A DNA stretch of 64,000 bases from Massalongia carnosa (Eukaryota): positions 1,302,001 through 1,366,000 of the forward strand of contig OZ287071.1 of NCBI GenBank assembly GCA_965645245.1. The letters are read 5' to 3'. A program made the position numbers and the translations under genes. A model generated the notes under the pieces. It made no database searches. It was not told the DNA's origin and saw nothing but the letters and a program-made list of their open reading frames with translations. This document shows positions 12,405 through 25,289 of the stretch, one piece after another; positions within the stretch are counted from its first letter, which is position 1; each line of letters opens with the position of its first letter.

Positions 12405-12795
12405 GATACTTGAAGAGCATCCACCCGATGGAGCAACCTGGGGCTGTAGGGATATCTTTCAAATGAACTTGCACGGGAAAGATCATGCATTATGAATTTC
12501 TCATATTAGCATTCGGTTAATGGGCTCCCTGATACAGCCAGAGAGTGCTCTGAAATGTATTAAATAGTTCCAGTCGAGAGTTCGGTGTATGGGTTGAAGT
12601 CACTTGTCGTGATACATTTGATCCTAATTCAAGCCCACATACATCAGTTTAACACTATAGAAGCTGAGGTGGGAGAATAACATTGTCCACAATCGTACGA
12701 GTATTGATTGTATTCTACAGCATGAAAAGTAAATCATGTGCCAATGAGCTCCTGGAGCTTTCTCAGCAAATATACAACATCTCTATCTTCTGAAA

Positions 12796-13868
12796 ATGAC
12801 AACCTCAAGCAGCCGCTCACTACAAGATGCGATATGGAACGGTTCGTTGCCGCTCGAGATTCGCCTCTCGCCCTCCGAATGCCGAATATTTGATCAAGCA
12901 GATCCATATCTCGTACGTCCGTCTCATCTGCCAAAATTAACTTTACAGGTTGGATTAACCATAAACCTTAGATTCAGTATCCCCGCCTTTCATACCTCCC
13001 ATTCCTCCAACCCCGTCTGCATTCGTTCTTTGCCCCATTCCTCATTAACCCTGACGTGACTTCCCATGAAGCATGGTTCTCCTTTGAAGAAATCCCGCTA
13101 AAATGGCACTACCCTCTCGGCCTCCTCAACGACCTCTTCTCTGGCACTGCTCCTTACCAGGCGTCAGGTCCTAGTTTGCAGGATCCCACGACCACTTCGG
13201 AAGCGAAAGAAGGCCCGTTGCCATGGCGGTTAACGCTACATTTTACAGACTGGCCGGATGAGCAGCTCGTACGGCTGGATGCTGAAGGTCGGGTGCTGCA
13301 TGATGCCTTCATCAATAGCGTCAAGGAGGCGGACTTTCTCAGGAACGGCACAGCGAAGGGGATCATGTCGCTGTCAAAGGACGACTCTACACGGCTGTGG
13401 ACAGCGGTACAGGATCGTATGTACATTCCACTATTCGTGCATTACATTCAAACAAAACTCATGGGAAAGAAACTGACACAAGCCCGGCATTATCTAGAGA
13501 ACTTTGCCGTCTTCTCCCCTATTTCTCAGAAACTTCTCTATGCCCAAGGTGCCCTCCTCCGCCATATTCCCCTGAAAGTCTACCTTCCATCCTCACCTAC
13601 TGCCTCATCGCCTACGGCTGGCAGTCATTTGCGCGTAGTCCAATCTCTCGTCACGCCCACCGTGTCCGGCACACGGGAATTGCAAACACTAGGATCAGCG
13701 CTCCACATACTTTTGCCTGCACTCTTTCCTAGTCGCAGGACGCCCATTTTGGCAAAACCTGTGTTGCATGGGGCGGTGGTACCGATGGGCGCATTAGTGG
13801 AGGAGCTGCTGAGGGGCGCCGCTTATTTAGATGGATGGTTGCATTTGGGCGTTGTCATGATAGGGTGA
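12796..13868 (+). CDS. ATG5: Autophagy protein Atg5, 3 exons
   Basis: IWNGSLPLEI, PRLSYLP, PLKWHYPLGLL, PWRLTLHF, FINSVKEADFLRNG. Introns 12913-12971 and 13417-13497. Confidence 0.95.
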
Positions 13869-14379
13869 GACGGGTGTGTGGAACTTCCCTGAAATGTTTT
13901 GGGGAAGCATGTGATGGAGGAAGACACCCTTAAGGGGGAGTGAACATATAGTACCGCCCACAAGTATACCAAGTCCACACAACCAACCCAATGTAAACCG
14001 TACGCCTTACCTTGGTCCCAACTAACAAAAATGTCTGACACCCAGACCATCCAACTCAAAGTCATTAAACCCCTCAAGAGCATCCATCTCCCCAATAAGG
14101 GAATTGAGTATTCTTGACGAAGCCCAAGATAGTTGGGTCGAGATTTCATGCCCGAAACATCAACTTAGGTATTTGGGTCACCAATAGATGTCCAGATCTT
14201 TCTTTCTAGACCGCCAATATGACCGGCCAGCCTATTAGCCTTGAAATTTCTTTCTTCAAGAAGGGAAAAGGAGTTTTAGAGGCAGGATTGGCGGTTGATT
14301 GAAGCGGTCGGAGATGATTTATTAGCAATCTAGAATTTGTGGGTGAGAAAAGGTGGCAAGGACTGGATTATGTATGTCA

Positions 14380-14609
14380 GCGAGACTAAAAAGTTGACAC
14401 ACCAAAACTCGTCAGTACGCATAAAACTACACAACTATCAAAGCTTCAATATAATATAGAAAATCAACAACAGATGAACCAGTAAAACAGACTTGATAGA
14501 GTAATAGAGTTATGTGTTCAAATTCACCTTAACTTTTTTGAAATGTATTACTTAACGATGTAGCCTATCATAATTATTTTATATTTTTGGTGTGTCAACT
14601 ATTTTTCGC
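14380..14609. mobile_element. MITE-like non-coding element with terminal inverted repeats
   Basis: AGTTGACACACCAAAA (14392-14407) is the exact reverse complement of TTTTGGTGTGTCAACT (14585-14600), with imperfect outward extension. The interior is AT-rich with no ORF, and no TSD was resolved. Confidence 0.6.
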
Positions 14610-15534
14610 ACCGCGTGCTAGAGTATCTCGGGCCGATTGTTGCCGCTTTATTCAATCTTAAAGGTTTTTTTCTCTTTTCTTTTCATCTTACGTTTCTTTT
14701 CATTTTACGTTTCTTTTGATTTACAAGGTTGTATGTGGGAAGAGCAAGAGCTGAATAGTATCAAATATCATGCAGAAGACCTTGAGATTTACAGCGATCC
14801 AAGCTTCCTCTAACTCTGCTAACTATTTACATCTCTCATGCAGGGGTGCTCTGACGATTCCTTCGAAACGTGGTCTTTTCCTCGTCGGATTACGTGTTTT
14901 TGCATGTATGCGTGGTCTCTAATATGGCTGATCATTAAAGAAGATACTCTGCTCCCCTGGTGTCATAATTCCCCATTTCCTTACAAGGAGTCTATACACT
15001 CACTAATGTTCAATTAATCACGCTTTGCTTTAATGTCTATGGGGTTCTCTCCTTGCTGCGTTCGTTATTGTAACACATACACCCGCGGCTTTGCCTACCT
15101 CTTGTGCCTCTCTATATGGTCTTGGGGCATACTTCATTGAGTCAGCGGAAGAAAGAAACTAGGTTTTTAGCAGGACCATTGTCTTCTCCACCCTACTTTC
15201 TCTTCAATCTGTGGGATAGAAGGACTATTTTAAAAGACGGACATGCTTCCCTTCCTGGGTCCTCACATCTATGTCCAAGGACTTAAAGGGCTTTCATGCT
15301 ACCTTCGAAGAGTTATGTGTGGTATAATGCCAATACAATACTATAATCAATCTGTGTTCAAGAAATGCATCTGGTTGAAACCTAGAGACTGTATTTAATC
15401 CCTCCATGCAGGTCAGACGTCAAACAATTTCCCCCGCACCTAGCAATCTATCCACCAAGAGCTTAGATCTTGCTTTTGTTGCTTTCCAAGTGTTAACCTT
15501 AAATACATTGTTCAAGTCTGATAGAGGTGAACTC

Positions 15535-18261
15535 TCAAAAGGAAAGCAAAAAGTCAGCAACTAGCCGAGAAGTGTTAGGTTCACGAGACTCCGTGGGCGA
15601 GCCAAGCGATTTGCGGGACTCCAGAAAGGCACCTAAATTTAGGTTAACGCACAGCATAACATTGGAGCTCAACCTTCGAGATTCTCACGATGGTGTTCTA
15701 TAATAACCTTGACTTTCCGTGTGAATATCTTAGAAGGTTCGTCTAGCTTGTCGAGGGCGCTGTCTTGCTGCAATGGATTGAATCCTTTAGCCTTGCCACC
15801 TTTCTGAGTCATGTACTTCTTGTGGAAAAGATCTTGTAAGATCTTCCAGTTCTTGTCTATTAGCCCTATTTCATCATTTGCCTTCTTGTTCTCCCAATTT
15901 ATTGTGCCGTCTTGTTTATCAGTTTCCTCTTTACATCGTATATTCACCTGGATTGACTCGGTCATCATCGCAAGTACGAGCAGACCCATGAAGGTTGTCG
16001 CCCAGCTCTGCTCCTTGTTCGATGCTTGCAACGTCTTTTGGATTTGCTGAAGAACCCCCTTCCATAGATCTTGGTGTAAAGTCGAGAGGAGAAACTTAAG
16101 TTCTTTATTCAGCCATCTCGACGACGTGTGGACTCCGAATCTCTCAGAAGGACGGTTCCGTAATCGGCCATAAACCTCATCCTTGGTGTGTTCTACCAAT
16201 GTCAAAGTATGGGTCATCACCTGAGTTATAATGACAAGCTTTAGAAAGATTTTTGCAACCTCTTTCTCCTTCAAAGTAAAGGTCAGTAAACAGTTTCACG
16301 AGATCAAGAGCCTACCCACGTTTCTGGGGACAACAACATAGTAGTCATACAGATGCTGCAAAATCTCTCTCTGCACCTCAAGGTCGCGGCCGCGAAAACA
16401 ACGCTCAGGAAAGGTGACAAAGTCATCGTTGAGGGTGTCGGTGAGATAATTATTGAGCTTCCATCGCCAATCCCGTATGCTCATGAGCATCATACCTGGA
16501 GGCCTTTCTAGTATCGGTGATGTACCATTGAGTAGACCGAGTATCATACCTATTGGCAGCGAGGGTACCTGAACACGATCTAGTTGACCAGTTGAGAGGT
16601 TCGGCCTATATTGGTTCTGCGATTGAAGCAGATCACCTTCAGCTTCGATCTCATGCACCTCACATTTAATAGGCTTTCCGTGACCCCAAGTAACCAGTAC
16701 GACCATGTGATTGTCTGTCCATCGCCGAATATGCCGACGTGCGAAATCTCGGAGTCTTTCGGGTCGGTGTTGTTCTAAGAGGCTCCCTGCCATCGAGTTA
16801 GCAGATCCGTTCTGATTGACGTTGTTGCTTAATACTCACTAGGCAGGAAAATTTCTGTCAGATCTGGTAGGTATAGCACAATACATCCCCATGGCCAGGC
16901 TGATCGACGTGCCTTTTTACAAGCTTTACACCCGCCGGGCTCGTCAGGCTCGCACTACGACACTTAATTTAGTTCTTCGGATTTCTCCAACAGGGAGATG
17001 ACGCCTTACAAAGCCTCGTGTGAACTTGCACGGCCAACAACAAGTTTTATTGGAACGTGTATCACCTGCATGTTTTCTGACATTTTCTGGGAGTGCCCCA
17101 TGTCTTCCGCCTTTATTTCGAATCGTCACAGTAGACTCCGTTGCGGGTGAAACAGCGCGCCCTTCCATAGCTTCAAGGGGCGGTCCAACTGGATCTCCTG
17201 ACGGAGGCGGATCAATTACATCATCCGTTGACCAGTGAGGCGATATTGCGCCTTGCTCAGCTTCAAGGTTGTCCTCAGCATCGATGCTACCAACGTCCTG
17301 GCAAAGATATGACGCATTGGCTGCTTCTTGAACTTGATCAGATGCGCCAGAGGCAAAGAGAACATCAGACGGGGAGAGCGAATAACCCTGATTATAGTTG
17401 AGGCTTAATGCCGTCCATGGATCATTTTGAAATGGCATATAACGAGGTGGCTGCTGTGTATCTGCTAGATTGTAGCCTCGGCCCACCTGGGAATGCTCTT
17501 GATGTTTCCATGATAGAGGTGTAGCTTTCAGGCCTGGACATGTTATTTCCGTATGTGCAGCAAGCATATTTGCAGGCCAGGGCGAAAGCAGCCCTTGCCC
17601 GCTTGCGGTAATATACATTCGTTGATGGTATGGGGTTGCTATTAATAACGTCAACGATGTGAAAGATTTTCATCCGTTTAGCGATATACTTGCCTTCAGA
17701 GTCAATGTCACTGGAGTTGAATTCTTGCTGCCCGTTATGCTCATCATCTTGTGCTGTCTCATCTCGTCTAGGATATGGCGTATCGGTTGATCCTATACTT
17801 GGTTCCTTCGAGGAGGATTCGTTGGTTACCATAGTGTTATAGATCGATCTGCTGCCTTGGCTACTCGATAAACCCCTCTGGGCATCAAAGTCACTATGAA
17901 CTGATCCCAGCGATGGTTTGTTGGGGGCCAGGTTGCTAAAGGATGAAGGATTTGGATATAAATAAGAGGATCCTGTAGAGTGGTCATACTCTGGATAGCC
18001 ATCGCTCAGTCGAGTTCCAGCTTGAATACTGTTTGATGTGGTTGATATTGTTTCTTCGGGAGTGTGTGTCCAGAGTAGAGGGGCATCTTCGCTCGCTGAC
18101 GAAGACATCGGTGTCAAATCATGGCTTTGAGAGACTGCAGGGCGATGCCCTGAGAAAAGGGATGCTGGCGTCAATGTCCCAAGTGGTCGAGGTTGGCTAT
18201 GTATCGTCTCCCTCATTCGCCGTCGCTCCATGGCATGAAGTTCGGATCGCCTTCGAATCAT
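15535..18261 (-). CDS. Zn(II)2Cys6-like transcription factor with internal zinc cluster, ~6 exons
   Basis: Removing intron 16955-17009 gives CWPC-KFTRGF-C-EPDEPGG-CKAC-KKARRSAWPWG-C. ORFs 17422-18261, 16944-17654, 16296-16793 and 15669-16274 join through short introns. The last exon ends TSRLVADFLLSF* (stop 15535-15537). Confidence 0.72.
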
Positions 18262-19800
18262 CTTGAGAGTCTTTTGCTACTTCTTTTGGCTATCTATTCG
18301 CTCTAGTGCAAGGGATTCTAAGGGCCAATACGTCGAAGCCAAATCTATGCTCAGTGGCTTCGACATACGAAATTAAGGGACTCGAAGAAAGAGAACCATA
18401 ATGTTGAGATATTTTGAACAGTTGGAAAATGAGCGAGTTCTGCAGATTTTATCTGGACTTGACCTGGTGGGCGAGCGAAACCGGTGTAGTTAATCAGTGC
18501 ACTAGTCGGTACTCATAGTCCGGAAAACCTTACAATACAACTCATATGGGAGCCGGTGTGGAAGCATATTATCTAGCCACGGTGCGTTGGCAGATACTTC
18601 TGCTTAGCTATCGACATTGAAGGTGCTCAAGGGGTAAGAGTTTTCTCATCGTTTGTCATATGACACATCTTGTCATTTAGAGCTGTCAAGGACGAAAGCA
18701 CCGAAGGCTATCCATGGCCAAAGCCACTCCTGCACGTCGACGCCGTTATTAGTTTCTAGACTGCATGCTCCTGAGCCTCATATCAATGGAAGTTTTAGTC
18801 GCAATGCCGAGTACCGACCAGGCATTTATGTATTTATGATGATGTAGGATATTCCATACGCGGAGCAACGCTTGAGGTCATGACACGGATGGAATGAATG
18901 ATAAAGGTGGCCAGCGTTATAGGGAGCGACCGGACAGTATTTCGAACCTCTAGCTTCTCTTAGAACAAAAGAAGGGGAGCTCTTTCAGTTGCGTTGCTGA
19001 TGAGGTATCCAAGTTATCTAAATAGATCCGTTTGATTCTTACAAACACTTCTCCAGCATTATGGAAGATTGCTTCACTATGCTCTTCGTCCAAGCACTCT
19101 CTCTATACTGGTCACTCAGAACCCCCTTTCGGGTAGCTACATATTTACTCTAGGAAATGATTTTCCTCTCGATTCCTCTTTTTGCTTAGGGTGCTTCCCG
19201 GCGCTACGCTGAACAAATATTGGATGGTATCAGACATATTCAATAACACTGCCCCAGTCACCATTTGAAGGCGCGAAACAAGGCAAGGCAATGATGGGGC
19301 TTAGCCATTGACCGGATGTCAAGCTGTCGGTTTATTGGTTGCATTGAACTTGGATGCTGGTGGGGCGAGCGTTTGTCACTAGAAGCTTCATATGCCACTC
19401 TGTACGCTCTCGGATAGCCGAAGGACGGCCATTGAACAAGACAGCTCATAAGTGTCACTCCTCAGCGCCACTTCCCTCGAAGGTAGCAAGTTAAATGTTT
19501 ATTATTTATGTTTTATTTAAACAAACGGCTTGCCAGATCAACCAAGGGCGAGGACGGGGCAGAGAGAGGAATGATGAGCCGTCACAAGATGAAGAGGTGG
19601 TCTCCGGTGAAGCTATCCAATCGATTGAAGTAGAGGAAGTGGATTTGTTTCAGGCCTTTCGAATGTAAATACGAAATGAAGCTCAATTCATTGAAAACGA
19701 TCATCGAGGAAGCATCAAACGACTGTCTAAAACACACCTGAATTTCATCAAATCGAGAATGTTTTCTTCAGTTATTTCTACGTCCAAGGGAAATTATACG

Positions 19801-20294
19801 CAATCGAGTTAACTTACTTGGGGGTGTTAACAATGAGGTGTCAAGGTAGTGAAAAGGGTGTCCCGATATTAGTTCCCTTAATGAACGAGGGGCCCCGCAT
19901 GGGTGGCTGCATGTACACAGTATGGTGTCAAAACCTAACGCCGCCAGGCCTAGAACGCTGAAGCGGCTGAATGTAATAGCTCCGATTGGTTTTCGAATAA
20001 TTTTACCGTAACCGCGCTCGCCCCCGCATCCGCCTCCGCCCCCCCCCGCCTCGGAAGCCCACTCAACATCTCCTCGACATGTTCGAACTCTGATAACTCC
20101 CGTTGAGTAGAGTTATCATCCAGCCTTTCTTTGCTCTTTCCAATTGTAAACGCATCGCGATTGTAGGACGCCTTATGAAATGCATGCAGGTATGAATACA
20201 GAAATTTTCGAAGTTCCAGCTCCGGAACGGATAAACTATCCAATCGGATTAGCTTACTTGGGGGTGTTAGTGTCCCGGTATTAGTTCCCTTAAT
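19801..20294. repeat. Imperfect direct repeat pair spaced 440 bp (possible mobile-element remnant)
   Basis: CAATCG..TTARCTTACTTGGGGGTGTTA + GTGTCCCGRTATTAGTTCCCTTAAT occurs at 19801-19882 (with a 28-nt insert) and at 20241-20294. Confidence 0.75.
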
Positions 20295-21733
20295 TCAGGG
20301 TGTGAAGATGTCAGAGCTGCAGCACATTCCTTGGGCGGGACTATGGCCAGAAGCTAAGCCATCATGGGGCGCAATATTTACTAACTATTCTGTCCGTCTA
20401 TGACGACGCTGGTAATATGAGCACGCCCGAAGCAAACCGTGAAAGGGAGAGACGCTGGATCTGGGGCCCAATTCTGCGAAGCTGGCATCAACCCAAGGTA
20501 AATAAACTCCCACAAGCCACTACAATAGCTAATGAAAGTATTCAGCACTCTATAGGTATTCTAGTTATCGTTATACCTCCACCTACGTCACGAGTTTTTG
20601 GATCCAAGCATGCTGACTAAGACGGCGTAGTACTTGATCATTAGGTATCGTAGTAACGATTCTAGTTCAAGAAATGATTCCGGATGATATGATGTATCCC
20701 GTTTGTGTTTAAAGCAAAGGTTATTCATCTGGGGCAAGGTCTTATACCAAAGCTATTGGTTTTTTCCTTTTGTCAGTACTATTTTCTTCTCCCTTATACC
20801 ATTTACTCCCAATATCAGCCCCCTTTCCATATAGGTCCCCTTTGCCTTATTTTTTTGCGAGTGATTTCTCTCTGAAGATCGTCCTCAAGATATTTTCCAG
20901 TTCTCGTTCAGATCCTCATCCTGGCTCTCTTCTCGGTTACTCTTCTGAATCTCCTCATTTTTCCATCGGTGATTTACCTTCATACAACCCTCCTTAACTA
21001 GACAACTTCCCTCATGTCTACTTGCCTCCCTTCCTACATACCATTTTGCATCTCCACATTTTCATCTTCTTACATCTATATCCTCCTCTTTCTTTCGCAT
21101 TAACGCTTTCCAGAGAATAGGTAAATAGAAGAAAATATAAGAGTCATGGAAATAGTAAGGTAGATGAGAAGATAACAACGTGGAGGGGTTACACAAAGAC
21201 AAGGTTCTCAAACCCAAACACACAATGCTAGTATGTACAAGTGGCGCCAGATAGTGTAAGAGTAAAACTTTCCGAATTGAGAAGTATGCGAGTAAATTCC
21301 TATATCTCCACGCATCATCACATGGACTTTGTTACCTCAAACCGAAACCGAAACCACCGGGTTTATATCCCCAGATCCGGCGTTCTCAACAGCTCAAACG
21401 CCGTGAGAATTTTATATGAGCGTGGCTTTCGAACGCGAAGACGGAGTTAGGACGCGGCTGGTTTTGGTGATATAACCTGGATCCTGGAAGCAAGCGAACT
21501 GGCGACGACGGGGGATTCGGGTGCGTTTTCGTTTTCGCCTACATTAGGAATGGTGTTCATACATTTTCGCGGTTTGTGAGTCTTCGGAGCTTAGTTTCAT
21601 CAAGAGATAGGTAGTCATCTCCTCAAACCCCATTCGTCTGTAGGTAGCTAGCTCTCCGATTGTATAGTGTTTACCTAGTCAACAAAACAATCGTTGGTGC
21701 TAAGCTTTGTATTTTGTTTTATCATGTAGTTGG

Positions 21734-21796
21734 TTCGCTTCTTACTCCGAGCACCTTAATATCTTCGCTTCTTACTCCGAGCACCTTAATATCTTC
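21734..21796. repeat. Perfect 30-bp tandem duplication
   Basis: TTCGCTTCTTACTCCGAGCACCTTAATATC x2. Confidence 0.9.
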
Positions 21797-23036
21797 TTAA
21801 TTTAGGTATCCACCTATCCAGTGCTGTGGTTTACTTACCTGGGTACCTATCTATTTATCCAGGTTGTGAGTTCGATTCACTCAAGCACTCCCCGGGCCCA
21901 TTCACCCACTCCTCCACCCCCCACGAGCTCCGTCACTACCACACGGCTAGCTAGTTCGTCGGCGACGCCTCACAAGAAGGAAAAAAAAAGAGAGCTATAT
22001 CATGTTAACACGAAGCAGCCCGCCAATTCAATTGCCATCTTCCCCCCCGAAAATCATGTACCCTGTCTTTGTTTTACTTATTCTCTTTCCTCTCCACTCC
22101 TCCCATCTCCAATTCTTCCACCAACGCACACAAATCCGTGAATCCCTTACTTATTTTAATTAGCTTTAACCTGATCCTCATGCTGAACGCTTTTTTGACA
22201 GACGTATAGAGAGCACCAGTCTGGAGAAGCATGGATTTATCAGCATTATCCATATGTGTATTTAGGGTCTTCTCGCTCTCCTCGAATTGCCCGACGCCGG
22301 GAGATGGCTGCACGAGATAGTTAAGTATAGCGGTGTATAGAAGTACCCCAGCTCCTCCTACCCAGTGAATCATCCCGACCAAAATACCCGTCTTTTTGAA
22401 AATAACTACAACATGAAAACCAAAACCAAAACCAAAGATTCGTGCTGACTTTTCTCACTGCACGATACACCAAGAAGGCTGCTGAAACTCGCATCTAGAT
22501 ATCGTCAATGCATAACTCGCAAAGGAGAGGGAGGGACACTCTCCCTTGGTTCTGCGGAGACTTGATGTCTAGGTCCGGAGGTAGGTAAAATGGTAGTAGG
22601 ATGTGTTGAGATGATTAGTTGAGGTGGAAGGGGAGGAAGGGATGGATGGTGAACGAGTGCATGAAAGAAACAGAAAGCTTGACTCTGACTGATTCTAGTT
22701 AGCTGATTGACCGATTTGGATAGCTGGTTAAGTGGCCGGATCCTTCTCATTCTCTTGTTTCAAGAAGAAATCCCGAAATGGGGAAGAAGAATCCATTCTC
22801 TCGACCAAGGCACGTTTAAGGTGTTGGAGAGATAAGTCAAGGAAAGGAATACCAAGGAAAGCGATGGATTTGTCCAAAAAACAATGATGGTACCCCTTGT
22901 TGTAAAAATACAAATCATCGAAATTCATCTTGAAGATCAAAAACTTTTAAGGGTCATCAAGAAACCCCCCCCCACAGAATCCATGCAGGGATTTGACAAA
23001 CCAATCCACGAAATTTATCTCAACATCTCCCCTTAA

Positions 23037-24731
23037 TCATAGCAAATATCGATAATCCGGGTTCATGTCTCCCTTCTCCGTCTTCTCAAACTCCGTTAGC
23101 ACGAGATCCTTGGGCGCTTGGTCCCGGCTGCGGTTCTGGAGAAGGATGCTGACGAAATAGATGATGCAGCTGGCGGCGCTGAGGGAGACGAAGGCGATGC
23201 AAATGCTATAGCCGGGCTTAAAGCCCGGCGCGTCCTTTTTAAGAAAGGCGTAGGTCGCGATGATACTGTTTTTCCGGCAAAATTAGATGGAGGGAAGAAA
23301 ATTACGATGATAAGGTAAAGACAGACCCTCCAATGTTGCCGAAGCCGATCTGCCAGGCGCTGCCGACGCTGCGGCGATGATGCCCGCCGAGGTTCATGTT
23401 GAACCAGCAGACGATGACGGGCAGCGCGCTGTAGGTACCCATGGCTACGAGGAACAGCGCGGCATAATGCAAGTGCTGTTTCTTCTCCACCGAGAGGAGG
23501 ATGGCGAACCCGGTCATGGCCATGAATATGGGGATCAGGGTGAAGGCGAAGCGATGTTTAGTCTTGTCAGAGAAGAAGGCGATGACCATGGCGAAGACAA
23601 AGGCGCATGCCCATGGAGGCACGCTGTGCAGCTGGGTGCCGATTTGCGTGTAGCCGTAGCTTCGAATGATGCCAGGGGCGAAGAAGGCGTAACTACGTCT
23701 TGGTTAGCGCGCTACTGGGAAAACAAACCCCCCTTCCCCCATCCTTTTTGCGTACCCATAGGCTGGAACAACCAACCCAAAATACATAAAGCCACCAATA
23801 AAGATCTTATAGTCCTTGAAGACGTTCACGATATCTTTCGCGCCAATCGACCGTTCTGCCGCACTGTGGCCTTGATCCTTTTGCAAACGAGCCTTGACAT
23901 ACACGCGCTCGTCTTCCCGAAGCCATTTGGCATCTTCCGGGAAACTGGGGATGAGAAAGAAAAATGCAAACGAGACCAGGCAGGTCAACGTTCCTTCCAG
24001 GATGAAAATCCAGCGCCAACCCAGATACCCTCGCATTCCATCCATTTTCCCAATCACGCTAGCCAGTAACCCGCCAAACGCTCCGGCTAGGCTTGTCGAA
24101 CCGAAGAAGAACGAGAATCGACGTTGCGACTCGGATCGCTTGTACCACATCCCTATCAGGTAGAAACTGCCAGGGAACATGCCCGTCTCCGCGACGCCCA
24201 GAAAGAATCTCGTCGCCAGGAGGCCACTGTAGTTTCGCACAAGACCTTGGCAGATGGTGACGAAGCCGAAGCAGAACATGCATAGCGATAGCCACACACA
24301 GGGTTTTAACTTTTTGAGCAGAACATTGGAAGGGATCTCTAGGAGAACGTATGGAACGAAAAAGATGGTCAGGCAGGTATTGTACTCGTTACCCTTCAGC
24401 TTCAAGTCGTTTTGCAGCCCAAACACGGAAGCATTAGCGATGTTGGTGCGATCCAGAAAAGCCAACAGATACAGTATACTCAGTACCGGGATTACTCGAA
24501 AGTCAATTTTGGCTACAAGCTTGCGTTGAGTGGTGTGCGAAGGGCACTGAACTTCGAGGTCATCATCGTCTTCAGCATCACGATGTGGAACATCCGGGTT
24601 ATAGTATTTGGTGCCATTCTCGGAATCAGCCTTCTCTCGGGACGGATCTGTAGAGTCTGGGAGTACTCGTGTTAGCAATGAACGAGTTTACGGCTCCTGC
24701 ACAAGGAGAACCCACCGTTATGAGCTCCCAT
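23037..24731 (-). CDS. MFS transporter, anion:cation symporter (Dal5/Tna1-like) family, 4 exons
   Basis: RKLVAKIDFRVIP..LAFLDRTNIANA, RFFLGVAETGMFPG, GWRWIFILEG, NLGGHHRRSVGSAWQIGFGNIGG, end GDMNPDYRYLL*. First exon MGAHN with intron 24657-24715. Confidence 0.92.
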
Positions 24732-25164
24732 TGTGTCCGTGATAGTTGAGTGGACGTAAACGCTGGGAGGGGAGGGGTTAGGGGTGGTCGCTCGAGGTGC
24801 AAATGTCGTGTTGCATGGATGGACAGGAGGATGGATGGGGAATAAGGGCTGGGGATGGAGGAAGTCATGGAAGACATGGAGACGAAGGATTTAAGAATGT
24901 TTCCTACGCCGCAAGTGAGGGGATAGATCATCTTTCGCCGCATTAGCTTTCGCTACTCATGCCGCGATCATGCAGTAAGCGCACGACGGCACGAAGGAAC
25001 AGTAAAGGAAGGACAAAGTGTATTCTTCAGCAGCATGCAGCAGAAGCATCCATTCGTTCAACGTTGATAAGCCACTAAGCGCCCACCGAATTGTCAATGA
25101 TCATGACGCCTAGCTTCGATGTAATGTGTGAGACTGACTTTCACTTCACATATTGAGTTGTGAA

Positions 25165-25206
25165 TGTGGCACCGAGTGTGTGGCACCGAGTCTGTGGCGC
25201 CGAGTC
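25165..25206. repeat. 14-bp minisatellite, 3 copies
   Basis: TGTGGCRCCGAGTS x3. Confidence 0.85.
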
Positions 25207-25289
25207 TCCCGTTGAACGGGTTCCAATCCGTCGACCCCGTCGATCCCGGCGAAATCGATGGATAAGTTTAGTTATTCCCGTCGTAGTTG

